Of a stretch of 64,000 bases of DNA, positions 30,325 to 40,054 are shown piece by piece. Under the pieces are notes generated by a model that ran no database searches, was not told the origin of the DNA, and was given only the letters and a program-made list of their open reading frames with translations. Position 1 is the stretch's first letter. Each line of letters begins with the position of its first letter. The stretch comes from Candidatus Bathyarchaeota archaeon (GTDB lineage: Archaea; Thermoproteota; Bathyarchaeia; 40CM-2-53-6; RBG-13-38-9): contig CAWECG010000004.1 of assembly GCA_963807605.1 (NCBI GenBank), forward strand, positions 96,001 to 160,000. Reading direction: 5' to 3'. The position numbers and the translations under genes were made by a program.

Positions 30325-31435
30325 TCAAAGCCTCAATAGAATCAACAGATGCATTCGTCTTGAAAGCCCTTCCGTCAAAGTGAGTTCTCGTTGCAATATG
30401 GCCTTGGCTCTTCAAACCCTCAATTATTACACTTGGACTCGGAGTAGCCAAACCTAGCCTGTCGCAGATTGCATCGACTGTGTAAAAGGTTGGAGGGGAA
30501 TTGGCTTCCTCCAATTCTAGAAGAAGCAGCCTAGAGAGCCTATTATTCTTCTCTCCCCCTATGTGAAATGCGATCAACCTTTTGCAGAAATCTTCGTCTG
30601 ATAATCTACCCAGAAAGAGCGGTCCTGCCAAAGTAGTTGGGCGATCACATCTTGTGCATTTGTTGTATTTGATCGGGCCAGCGAAGGTCGTTCGCGCGAG
30701 ACAATTGAAACAATGAGATATGTGCCCCATCTCAACAAGATTCTTATCAGCGCCTTTGGCTGACCGGCTTACTCTAACGTATGTACGAACATAATGGTCT
30801 GTGCTGTGTGAGAATTTTACATCAACTGCCATATTATGTCTGGCAGCTGTCACTATCAGTGATCCGAGGAGTAACCTCAGTGCAACTTCACGTGAGTACT
30901 CACTTCTCAATGGTCTGCCTCCATATCTTCTGTAGCAGGTGCGAGGTTTGGCTCCACAGAGAACGGCCATATCGGTAGCCGTCATGGCCAGAAATCCGCC
31001 ATTGATCAATGCTCTGAGGGCCGAGTCCATGTATGGTACGGGCGAGCCGTACGGATCAAGGTCTATGAGGTGCAGTCTCTTTCCGGGTACTGAGTGTAGG
31101 TTAAGGAAGACATTTGCATCCATGCACTGGACATCGATCTTACTTGCGAGGTTATTGACAACAGAATTGTAGTAAGTGACTGCAGCCGCGTTTGGTTCTA
31201 TGTCGTTTAGTAAGATCTGTTCTGTATCCGCCACTTCCGACGCATACCTCAACCCGCGTATTCCTGAACCAGTCATGGGATCAGCGATCCTCAGTTTTCT
31301 CTTGAAATCGGACCGAAAGGATCGGGCGACTAGAATCGAGATATCTCTGTTCAAGATCATTCTCGGATTGTAGAACACGTTTGAGCTGTCACCCTTAGAT
31401 TGCAGTACGAACTTAATTGAGCTCTCAACTAACAT
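30308..31435 (-). CDS. trm1: tRNA (guanine-26-N2)-dimethyltransferase
   Basis: VFYNPRM..NRD, GSGIRGLRY, DLDPYGSP and TATD motifs. Confidence 0.95.
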   Translation of the reverse strand: MLVESSIKFVLQSKGDSSNVFYNPRMILNRDISILVARSFRSDFKRKLRIADPMTGSGIRGLRYASEVADTEQILLNDIEPNAAAVTYYNSVVNNLASKIDVQCMDANVFLNLHSVPGKRLHLIDLDPYGSPVPYMDSALRALINGGFLAMTATDMAVLCGAKPRTCYRRYGGRPLRSEYSREVALRLLLGSLIVTAARHNMAVDVKFSHSTDHYVRTYVRVSRSAKGADKNLVEMGHISHCFNCLARTTFAGPIKYNKCTRCDRPTTLAGPLFLGRLSDEDFCKRLIAFHIGGEKNNRLSRLLLLELEEANSPPTFYTVDAICDRLGLATPSPSVIIEGLKSQGHIATRTHFDGRAFKTNASVDSIEALIRKAS

Positions 31436-31565
31436 TCGCGTTCCGAATGAGCGATTTAGAGCGACAGATGAGCACCTCAGATGAGAGTTGGGTTTGCGCT
31501 GGTTCTATTAGGGTGTGGGTGGATAAGCCCTTGATAAAAGCTCTGCCAAATAGGATACGGTCTCG

Positions 31566-32138
31566 TTGTTTGAAGCTATTCTGGTCACCGGGGTTCCAGG
31601 TGTAGGCAAGACCACCTTAACCCTGAAGATTGTAGAAGCCGTTAGAGCCGAAGGGTACGTCGTCGGAGGAATGATTACAGAAGAGATTAGGGAAAACGGG
31701 GTAAGGACTGGTTTCGAGATACTGGATCTGCTCACTGGTTCAAAGGGATTACTGGCGCATGTGGATGTTGAAGATGGTCATAGCGTCGGAAAATACAAAG
31801 TTGATGCTAAGAGCCTTGAAGGAGTTGGAGTCGCTGCAATTGTTAACAGTCTTGAGCGGCAGAATGTCGATCTCCTCGTGGTCGATGAGCTGGGTCCTAT
31901 GGAGTTCTCTAGCAAGAAGTTTAGAGAAGCGGCGAAAGAGGCATTGACTGGAATCAAGCCTTTTCTTGGAACGGTTCAATTCAGACTTCGTAAGCAGCTC
32001 CCTGAGATTCTGCTCTTAAGCCAGATTCCTCTGACACTTGAGTTAACTCATGAAAATCGAGTTGAGCAAGTCCGAACAATAACTGAGAAGATAACGTTGC
32101 AATTGATTCAAAGAAAATCGCTTAGGCAGACGCTGTAG
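31566..32138 (+). CDS. Nucleoside-triphosphatase (THEP1 family)
   Basis: TGVPGVGKTT, EIRE.G.RTGF, VGKY.V and DELGPME motifs. Confidence 0.92.
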   Translation: MFEAILVTGVPGVGKTTLTLKIVEAVRAEGYVVGGMITEEIRENGVRTGFEILDLLTGSKGLLAHVDVEDGHSVGKYKVDAKSLEGVGVAAIVNSLERQNVDLLVVDELGPMEFSSKKFREAAKEALTGIKPFLGTVQFRLRKQLPEILLLSQIPLTLELTHENRVEQVRTITEKITLQLIQRKSLRQTL

Positions 32139-32184
32139 GGGGCTGAGATTGACAAGATCTATTTACGGTGCGGAGCTGCAATAG

Positions 32185-32855
32185 ATGGTTGAGATCGCAG
32201 GCGTGGACGAGGCTGGGAGAAAGCCAAGCTGTACGGCTTCCCAAGAGGTCCACTTCTCGGTCCGCTAGTAATCGCGAGTCTGACTCTAAGAGATGGTCCG
32301 GCATCTCGCCTAAGCGGGCTTGGTGTTAGAGACTCAAAGCTACTTACCAGATCGGCAAGAAGCTTGCTGGTCCCAAAAATTCTCAATCTAGCAGAGAAAC
32401 ACCTTCTTGCAGAGATTGAACCGCCAGAAATTGATTCCGTGGTTTTAAGAGGTCGACCACTGATGAGACTGAATCTACTTGAGGCAAGATATGCTGCGAA
32501 GATCCTAAACGAGCTTAAACCCGAGACAGCCTATGTAGACGCTCCCGACACAAGCCCGGAGAGATTCGCCTGCCAAATCCTTCAACGCCTAGACGCCCCT
32601 CTCAGAATAATATCAGAACATCATGCTGACAAACTATACCCCATTGTCTCCGCGGCCTCCATTTTGGCAAAGGTGAGAAGAGACGAGATCGTCCGCGAAT
32701 TACACAAGGTCTACGGTGATTTTGGATCAGGCTACCCTTCAGATCCCAGAACAATCAAGTTCGTTAAGCAATGGATCCTAAGTAAGAGGTGTGATCTGCC
32801 TATAATGAGGAGAACATGGACTACCTTTCGAAATCTGGAACGCGAGCTGCTATAA
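32185..32855 (+). CDS. rnhB: Ribonuclease HII, two exons (32185-32219 and 32246-32855), 214 aa after splicing
   Basis: Spliced product MVEIAGVDEAGRGPLLGPLVIA...GVRDSKLL...YVDA..ADKLYPIVSAASILAKV.RD..FGSGYPSDP; next to fibrillarin/nop5. Confidence 0.92.
32220..32245 (+). other. 26-nt bulge-helix-bulge (BHB) intron in rnhB
   Basis: Central helix TGGG(32214-17)/CCCA(32240-43), two 3-nt AGA bulges, inner stem AAGCC/GGCTT; canonical cuts restore the reading frame. Confidence 0.85.
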
Positions 32856-33278
32856 CTCTGATGCAAGACCTTCCGGCGTTCCAAAGCCGATGATAATCAA
32901 AGAGTGAATTTTGCGGATCAACTCGGACAGATAAGGCTTGTAAATGTAGAAAGGCTCTTTTGCCTTGTAGTTGCTAAAGTCTTGTTCTGCAAGTCCAAGG
33001 AGGGATTTCAGCACGAATTCCTCAATTTCACCTCCAGACACGGTGTAGACAGCTCTTCCGAGATCGAATCTTCTCTGAATGACTATCGGAAGTTGAAGCC
33101 TCTCCTGCAGATGGGGAGGCAGTATGCCGGCTAACCCCTCAAGCTCTTCCCGTTTCATCAGAATCCTTCCCCCATCGATAGTCTCAACAAATGGAGTTTT
33201 CTCCTCCAAGAGAGTCTTCAGTGTCTTTCTTGACTTCGGCAAATGTTGATTCAGCTTCCTGACTTCCTCCTTCAACAT
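32850..33278 (-). CDS. DUF61 family protein
   Basis: LNQHLP..RKTL..LL.E and LQLPI motifs; downstream of fibrillarin; start may lie upstream (ATC 33314). Confidence 0.75.
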   Translation of the reverse strand: MLKEEVRKLNQHLPKSRKTLKTLLEEKTPFVETIDGGRILMKREELEGLAGILPPHLQERLQLPIVIQRRFDLGRAVYTVSGGEIEEFVLKSLLGLAEQDFSNYKAKEPFYIYKPYLSELIRKIHSLIIIGFGTPEGLASEL

Positions 33279-33320
33279 AGCTCTAAACGCTCTCTCTAAA
33301 TGGCTCTCAGCGATGTTCCT

Positions 33321-34019
33321 TCACTTCCTGAATATCGCAGTTACCATAGCATGATCCTTATCATAAGGCTCAAGCCGAATGGCTTGAAGCACTTGGAACC
33401 CGCTTTTCTTGAGTACTTCAATCTCCTTGTCGAAAACCTCAACTGGCCTGAGTGTTACGTCGATGCTCCTTGACTTCACAGAAAACATGACTCTTCCATT
33501 TTGTCGCAGAAACATCTCGGAGTTACGCACCAGAATCTTCGCCTGCTCTGGTTGCGCCACGTCACAGTATATGGTATCGACGAAATTGACTATCAGGCGA
33601 TATTGCATTGGAATTCTAGCATCGGCAAGAATTGGGTGAACGTTGGTTCGGTGCCTACAGACTCTCTCAATAAGGTCTCTCATGCTCCTTTGCGAGAATT
33701 CTACCGCATAGATTTCCCCCAGGTTCCCAAGTATGTCGCTGACATGGCTCACAGTGGTTCCCGACGCAGCCCCGAGGTAGAGGACTTTCCCACCCAACGT
33801 TATGGGTAATTCTGTAAGCCCCTTGTTTATGGCTGCTGCAAGTTTGCTTCTGTACGGGTCCCAAATCCTGTACTCAACACCATCGGCATGGATAAGTTCC
33901 TCCCCATAGACGCTTACGCTTGCAGCCAGATTACGGGTAGCCAGTCTACTCTGCCCACTTACCGTTACTCGGAAGACATCCGGAAACTTCTCATGTTCAC
34001 GGAGTTCAAGAACGCTCAT
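33321..34019 (-). CDS. flpA: Fibrillarin-like rRNA/tRNA 2'-O-methyltransferase
   Basis: EYRIWDPYRSKLAA, LYLGAASGTTVSHVSD and DVAQPEQA motifs. Confidence 0.97.
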   Translation of the reverse strand: MSVLELREHEKFPDVFRVTVSGQSRLATRNLAASVSVYGEELIHADGVEYRIWDPYRSKLAAAINKGLTELPITLGGKVLYLGAASGTTVSHVSDILGNLGEIYAVEFSQRSMRDLIERVCRHRTNVHPILADARIPMQYRLIVNFVDTIYCDVAQPEQAKILVRNSEMFLRQNGRVMFSVKSRSIDVTLRPVEVFDKEIEVLKKSGFQVLQAIRLEPYDKDHAMVTAIFRK

Positions 34020-35190
34020 CTCTCTTTCTCACCGAAGGTGGGGAGGGATATCTTTCTCGTATCTCCTTGATTCTCTCCTCAAGGGCCTCTTTGAGTTTGT
34101 CGCCCAGGAACTCGCCACCGAATGAGTCTATTCGTGCTGCGATCGAGAGTTTGTTTGAGAGTGCCCTGGCTATTTTTCCTCGTTGCCATCTCGGCGCGTT
34201 GTGGAGGGATTGATGCTGGAATATGATGCCGTGCTTGGGGGGCCTAGAACCAGTCTTTATAGATCGAAAGAGAGCTTTCTCGGCTCCCAAAACCTGAACC
34301 GTGCTTGCGGGCATCTTAGCGAGTCTATCTAGGCCCCCAGCGATTGCTATCAGCCTGGCTGATAGTAAGGGGCCAAGAACAGATGTCATGTTGGGTGCAA
34401 CTTCCTCCATTAGAGAGTTGAGGGACTGCTCAGACACCTCCCTGCACCTGCTGAGTTCCAAGGTATCTCTTGAAAGAGTCTGAAGTACTTCGAGATCGCT
34501 CAAATTAGAAGCAAAACCTATGGAACTCCGAGCCTTTTCAGACACAACCTTCGCCTTATCAGTTGACAATCCTTCGGATTCAAGCCGATCAAGTGTGTAG
34601 TTCTCTCTGACCACTAGATCCGCTACGAGTCTCGCATAGGTTTCGTGTTTTTCGATGAGTCTGTCGAGCTCCGGAAAATGTAACCCGTACCATTCTCGAA
34701 TTCTTCCAGCGAAGAGGTTGAGCGTCTTATCTAAATCATCGAGGGTTCGAATAACTTGTATCGCGTGGAGATCTCTCCTCTGAGCCGCCTTGGTAACGCC
34801 CACCTCTGCCATTGCGACAGTTACGTTGTGCACATACTCTCGGTAAGCTTGGAGATCTTTGAATCTCCCTAGCTCAACTGCTGCTCCGGCTAGTCCTTCT
34901 CTAAGACCTACAACTGTATGCGGTTCTTCAGCAACCCTACACTTGATGCCGACTACCTTTTGGACGCCTAAAGCCAAGCCTTTCTCTTCGAAGATCAAGT
35001 CGTCATACCCCTTTTGCTGGAGCATCTTCGAAAGCTGAAGGAGTTCATCAACTACCTCGCCACCTTGAAGCTTTTCGAGTTTGCTCGCTGTTTCTTTAGG
35101 ATCGGCTGAAAAGAACCGCGCCTCTATTGTCTTCCCCTTGCTATCAAGGGCAAATATCCCAACTGGCGTGATTGCTATCGTTGCCTCCAA
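34006..35190 (-). CDS. nop5: C/D box RNP protein Nop5
   Basis: REWYGLHFPEL and MPASTVQVLGAEKALF..PKHGIIF motifs. Confidence 0.96.
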   Translation of the reverse strand: MEATIAITPVGIFALDSKGKTIEARFFSADPKETASKLEKLQGGEVVDELLQLSKMLQQKGYDDLIFEEKGLALGVQKVVGIKCRVAEEPHTVVGLREGLAGAAVELGRFKDLQAYREYVHNVTVAMAEVGVTKAAQRRDLHAIQVIRTLDDLDKTLNLFAGRIREWYGLHFPELDRLIEKHETYARLVADLVVRENYTLDRLESEGLSTDKAKVVSEKARSSIGFASNLSDLEVLQTLSRDTLELSRCREVSEQSLNSLMEEVAPNMTSVLGPLLSARLIAIAGGLDRLAKMPASTVQVLGAEKALFRSIKTGSRPPKHGIIFQHQSLHNAPRWQRGKIARALSNKLSIAARIDSFGGEFLGDKLKEALEERIKEIRERYPSPPSVRKRDERS

Positions 35191-35337
35191 ATACTCCGCT
35201 CCAAATACAGGCTAATTGGCGAGAATAACTGAGAGTAACGTTGTAGGACGAATAAACCTTTTCGCGATACTCTTATCGATGAGTTACCTTCAAAAACCCT
35301 CAAGACTTCTCTACTGTCCGTAAGGAGCGCTGTTAGC

Positions 35338-36258
35338 TTGGGGCTGGCAAGAATTGACCTTTCAGTACAACCTGCTGGATTGAGGCTGAGTAATCCCATG
35401 ATTCTAGCTTCTGGCATACTTGGAATTTCTGGTGCGATGTTGATGCGAATTGCTCAGGAAGGAGCTGGGGCTGTTGTCACCAAATCCTTCGGCGTTACAT
35501 CTAGAGAGGGTTATCCTGGACCTGTCATAACTGAAGTCTCAGGCGGCTTCTTGAATTCACTGGGATTGCCCAACCCCGGTGCTGAAGAGATGAAGAATGA
35601 AATAATGGCAGCCAGGAAGGGTGGGGTACCCGTCATAGCCAGCATCTACGGATTCAATGAAGATGAATATGGAAGAGCGGCTTCACTAGCCAGTGAGGCT
35701 GGGGCCGACGCCCTTGAATTGAACGTATCTTGCCCTCACGTGAAGGAGGTCGGCGTCGAAATAGGGCAAGACCCCTACTTGGTTTCAAAAGTCACTCAGA
35801 AAGCCAAATCAAATTTTGGCGGGCCGCTTATTGTGAAGCTTTCACCAAATGTCTCCGATATAGTTGAGATTGCTCAAGCTGCAAGCAACGCAGGAGCTGA
35901 TGCTCTCACGGCAATTAATACGGTGAAAGCTATGGCTATAGACATCGAGACTAAACGCCCAATTCTTGGCGGCAAGTTTGGTGGGCTTTCGGGCCCTGCG
36001 TTGAAACCGGTTGCCTTAAGGTGCGTATACGAGATCTATGAACAGGTAAAGCTGCCAATAATCGGTTGCGGTGGCATAAGCAGATGGCAGGATGTCGCGG
36101 AGTTCCTGCTTGCTGGAGCCTCAGCTGTCCAGATAGGTTCTGCCTTGATCGATAAGGATCTCGCTATTTTCAAGGAGCTGAACGAAGGGCTGAGAAACTA
36201 CATGTCGATGAACGAAAATGTAAGACTGAGAGATATTATAGGAGCAGCCCACATCTAG
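35338..36258 (+). CDS. pyrD: Dihydroorotate dehydrogenase (family 1)
   Basis: NP.ILASG, ELNVSCPH, VKLSPN, INT, GGLSG and IIGCGGI motifs. Confidence 0.95.
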   Translation: MGLARIDLSVQPAGLRLSNPMILASGILGISGAMLMRIAQEGAGAVVTKSFGVTSREGYPGPVITEVSGGFLNSLGLPNPGAEEMKNEIMAARKGGVPVIASIYGFNEDEYGRAASLASEAGADALELNVSCPHVKEVGVEIGQDPYLVSKVTQKAKSNFGGPLIVKLSPNVSDIVEIAQAASNAGADALTAINTVKAMAIDIETKRPILGGKFGGLSGPALKPVALRCVYEIYEQVKLPIIGCGGISRWQDVAEFLLAGASAVQIGSALIDKDLAIFKELNEGLRNYMSMNENVRLRDIIGAAHI

Positions 36259-36345
36259 ATGGAAATGAATTCAGGATGTCTAGCTAGCAGACTCATGACA
36301 GTATCTCCTTGCCTGACAGCGCGTAGGTTTCTTCAATTCATTCGC

Positions 36346-37521
36346 CTATAGAGAGCTGGATGTCTCTATGTCAGTTTCTTGCGAGAGTATTTGTTCGTAA
36401 ATCTTCTCGACGAGACCCGCAATTCTCGACCAATCTCTTTGACGGGCTATCCTGGAGCCATTCTCGATCAGTTTCTGTTTTAGTTCTTGATTGTTCATCA
36501 GCATGACTACTGAATCTTCCAACATCTTTATGTCTCCTGGCTCGAAGAGCAAGCCGTCTCTGCCGTTCTTAACAAACTCTGAGATAGTTGGTAATCTTGA
36601 CGCAACGACTGGTTTTTCTGCAGCCATCGCTTCGAGGATTGTGAGGCCTGTAGCCTCTCCAAGAGATGGCAAGATTACAAGCTCACAGAGGCCATAGGCC
36701 CTTAATAGTTCTTGTTCGTCAAGTTCCCCCGTGAATATGACCTGATCTCTAATCCCTAGTCTACTCGCGAGCGATTCGAGCTCTGCTCTGTATCCCCAGT
36801 CAGGGCCAACAAGGAGAAACTTGACATTAGGGATTCTTGCCTTGATCCTTGGTGCTGCTTCAAGCAAGAAGTGCAACCCTTTCTTCCTTTCGATGCGCCC
36901 TACAAAAAGTACCACTCGGCTTCCACGGAGCTGATACTTGGAGATCAGCGGCCCTGAACTAGGTAAGTCTCTGAACTTGGAGTTTTCAACTCCATTAGGA
37001 ATGATTGAAACTTTCTTGTCTTCGACTGAGAACTTTGATGTCAATAGCGCCTTTTCGTAGCTTGTGGCCGCTATTATATGAGTTGCAAGGTTTAGAGTCA
37101 GTCGCCCAATCAGGTTATCATAGAGTGTGCGGAGGATGCTTTTTCCAATTGAAGTGACTTCACTTCGATCGTAATGGGTGGTAATGACTACGGGAATCCC
37201 TCTGGTGTTACCAATCAGGGAGGCGAGATCGGTGTGTGCGAAACCATATGTGTGAGCATGAATTATATCTGGATGGACCTTAATGAGATGGTTTACCATA
37301 CTCCAGCTTAGCACTGTAAACCCACTTCCCCATTTTATCTCGAGGCCTTTGTATGCCTCGACATTTATTCCGTCAACTGTATAGGAAGAAGTCTCAGAAC
37401 CGAACGTCAACACTGAGATCTTACAGTTTCTTGAGAGGTGTTTTGCGAGTTGGAAGAGATGATTTTCTGCCCCTCCTATAGAGGGTAGAAACTTTTGTAT
37501 CAAGAACAATATTTCCAACAA
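36346..37521 (-). CDS. GT4-family glycosyltransferase
   Basis: GGAE, IIHAH, IIPNGV, FVGRI..KKG and E.TGLTILEAMA motifs. Confidence 0.92.
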   Translation of the reverse strand: MLEILFLIQKFLPSIGGAENHLFQLAKHLSRNCKISVLTFGSETSSYTVDGINVEAYKGLEIKWGSGFTVLSWSMVNHLIKVHPDIIHAHTYGFAHTDLASLIGNTRGIPVVITTHYDRSEVTSIGKSILRTLYDNLIGRLTLNLATHIIAATSYEKALLTSKFSVEDKKVSIIPNGVENSKFRDLPSSGPLISKYQLRGSRVVLFVGRIERKKGLHFLLEAAPRIKARIPNVKFLLVGPDWGYRAELESLASRLGIRDQVIFTGELDEQELLRAYGLCELVILPSLGEATGLTILEAMAAEKPVVASRLPTISEFVKNGRDGLLFEPGDIKMLEDSVVMLMNNQELKQKLIENGSRIARQRDWSRIAGLVEKIYEQILSQETDIETSSSL

Positions 37522-37542
37522 CGTCGCCTGCTTCAGTTGTGG

Positions 37543-38415
37543 CTATTTTACTATTCCTCGAAACCCCCGAAGGTAGCCGAGTCTGAAAGCAAATTCGATG
37601 AAGACAAGGTACGCGGGGTAGAGAAGGAAGGTGGAGAAATTGCCTTTGACTGCCACTCGTGTTATTCTCTTTAGATAGCTTATGATTGAGTTGAGGGAGA
37701 TCGCTTTTTCTGCTCCTTCGTCCAGCTCACTGTTAAGCAACCCCTTGCCATAACCGTGAAGGTAGTGCTGAAGGTAGACCCCTCGGGAATCCTCACGATG
37801 ATAATGGTAGACTACGGGATTCCGGGCCATGAGTACCTTTAGACCCTTATCACGGAATTTTGAAAGCAATTTAAGATCTTCAGCATACGGATACTTCACG
37901 TCGTATCCATCTATGTACTCGAGCATACGTTTCTTGAAGAGGCCACAAATGGTTGGGTCCGCGTCGCATTCAACTACATCAAAAGATTTGAACTGCTCAG
38001 CATATATTTGTTGGAAGTAAAAATCCTTCAGCCGAGGCAGCAATTTATTCCTATTAGCACAACCAACACGGCATGCAACTCCGGCGACGTTAGGTTCCTT
38101 AAGTAACGTGAAGAGACTGGACACAGTATTGTTGGTTATATATGCGTCAGCATCGAGAAACAGTACGAAGGTGCTATTTGAAGATCTCCATCCCAAATCT
38201 TTGGCTCGGGCTATTCCCTTGATTCCCCTTATGATCTTGACATCTTTGTACTTCAATGCCTTCTCTAAGGTTCTGTCAGAGGAACCTCCATCAACAAGCA
38301 TGATCTCTTCGGAGCCGTTGTTTCGAAGGCTCTCCAGCGCCTCATCTATGGTTTTTTCATTGTCTCTGCTAGCGACAACCGAAGAAAAGCTTCCCAATCG
38401 AATGCCTCCAGTCAA
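37543..38415 (-). CDS. GT2-family glycosyltransferase
   Basis: VDGGSSDRT, FLDAD and AED motifs. Confidence 0.88.
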   Translation of the reverse strand: MTGGIRLGSFSSVVASRDNEKTIDEALESLRNNGSEEIMLVDGGSSDRTLEKALKYKDVKIIRGIKGIARAKDLGWRSSNSTFVLFLDADAYITNNTVSSLFTLLKEPNVAGVACRVGCANRNKLLPRLKDFYFQQIYAEQFKSFDVVECDADPTICGLFKKRMLEYIDGYDVKYPYAEDLKLLSKFRDKGLKVLMARNPVVYHYHREDSRGVYLQHYLHGYGKGLLNSELDEGAEKAISLNSIISYLKRITRVAVKGNFSTFLLYPAYLVFIEFAFRLGYLRGFRGIVK

Positions 38416-38935
38416 ATTATGATACTCACTGCCAGTGCTGAATACTCGTTTCAGGTGAAAACCTCGTAAAGCAGTATTAGATCAACCCTCTTTCTCATAC
38501 CATTATTTCTATGTGATCTTGGTTGAACCCTTGAGATGAGTCTGCGAATTTTGGCGCTATCAGCTTAATGCAGGAAATCTGCAAAGAGGTCGCTACTATC
38601 AACGTACCCGTGCGTAACGTAAAAGTGATGCCCAAACCGCTGAGAATCAACGTTGTGGCTGTAAGTATGGTTGACTAACCTACTCATATCCTTCTGCTAA
38701 TGGATTCCGCAGGTGTTCTTCCTAAGAATCCTAGCGTGCAGAGTCGTTTCCTATCGAGCCACGGCAAAGCTAGGAAGAGCACACGCTTAATTCTACTTCA
38801 AGAAATACTGCTCACCGTGAGTACTAGATCGAACTCCATGGAACAAAGAGTCCTTCTGAATTGCACATCCTAAGCTTTGGGTGGCGGGCACTGTCGTGAA
38901 AAAATGGTGGAGGGAGAGTTCTTGGGATCGTCTAG

Positions 38936-39301
38936 TCAGTAGAGGCGGTATGGTGGCTGCTGGACAAGATACCTGAAGGGCGGGGGTTGATAGCAATACT
39001 CCTGTGGAGGGGGCAGATACGCTACAGGTTGTGGTGGCGGCTGGACTAAATATTGGACTGGGGGCGCCTGATAGGCCATCATCTGTGGCATCGTTGGGAC
39101 GAGGTATTCCATAGGAGGTGGTTGATACAAGACCTCAGGAGGCTGAGGAATGATACATTCCTGAGGTGGCGGTTGATAGTAGTTTAGTTGCGGAGGTTGC
39201 TGCACTGCGACGTAAGCTGGTGGTGACGGCACAAGGTAGGGCTGAGGTGGCTGAACGTAAGTGGCTCTCTCTGCAGGCCTAGGAACAAGATAATATGACA
39301 C
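38936..39301 (-). CDS. Pro/Gln/Tyr-rich low-complexity repeat protein (121 aa)
   Basis: GAGGGA 8 nt before GTG; repeated YLVP/YLVQ and YQPPP motifs. Confidence 0.7.
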   Translation of the reverse strand: MSYYLVPRPAERATYVQPPQPYLVPSPPAYVAVQQPPQLNYYQPPPQECIIPQPPEVLYQPPPMEYLVPTMPQMMAYQAPPVQYLVQPPPQPVAYLPPPQEYCYQPPPFRYLVQQPPYRLY

Positions 39302-39527
39302 GGCTATATTCCCTCGACTTGTATGAACTAGATTCCTATCTCGAAATAAGAAGCTTTCGTAAATGATAGGTTGGATTGAAGACTCGAATAAGTTAAAGCA
39401 CCACTAGAGGATTGTTAGACAAAGAAAATACGTTTCAGTTCGCCATGTCTTCGTGGTCTAGCTTCCATCGTGAATCTGCAAAGATTCAAAAGGGATTTTC
39501 ACGGAGGTCTGAAAGGGAAGTCGAGTG

Positions 39528-40042
39528 ATGTTTCGAAATTATCTCGTCTGCACGCTCTTTCTGACAACATTGGTTGGGGCATCGGTAGTTGCTGCTTCCT
39601 TGGGAACGACAGAATTTGTGGCCAACGGCGGATTCAAGTCGGACCTTGACGGTTGGAGGCCATATGTTTACGACGACACATGCGGACGGGTGAATGAGAC
39701 CTAAGGAACCAGTCATTCAGCGCGCGCTTTTGGGATGATATAAGCGTCATTGCCGAGACTCAACCACCAACTTCCCTTGTGCCAACACAGATCGCACCCA
39801 CCGTAACTTCACCAAAATCTCCCTTTCCCAAGCAAGTGAGCGAGACAAGCTCTTACACGGAGAGAGACGCGTTACCCATTGTTTTGTTTGTAGCAATAAT
39901 TATTGGGTTGACGCTGGTCGTTCGGAGGATAGGATCTCATAAGAGTTCGAAAACTGATGCTGCCACGAACTACTGCTTCAATTGTGGCGCAGAGACTGCT
40001 CTCAACATTAAATACTGTACACATTGCGGAGAAAAGCAGTGA
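39528..40042 (+). pseudogene. Probable remnant of a secreted, membrane-anchored protein
   Basis: 39528-39704 encodes a signal peptide plus NGGF....GW (CBM4/9-like start) then stops; 39779-40042 encodes a Ser/Thr/Pro linker, a TM helix and a double Zn ribbon (CFNCG..CTHCG). Confidence 0.55.
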
Positions 40043-40054
40043 GTTTGCGGTTGT

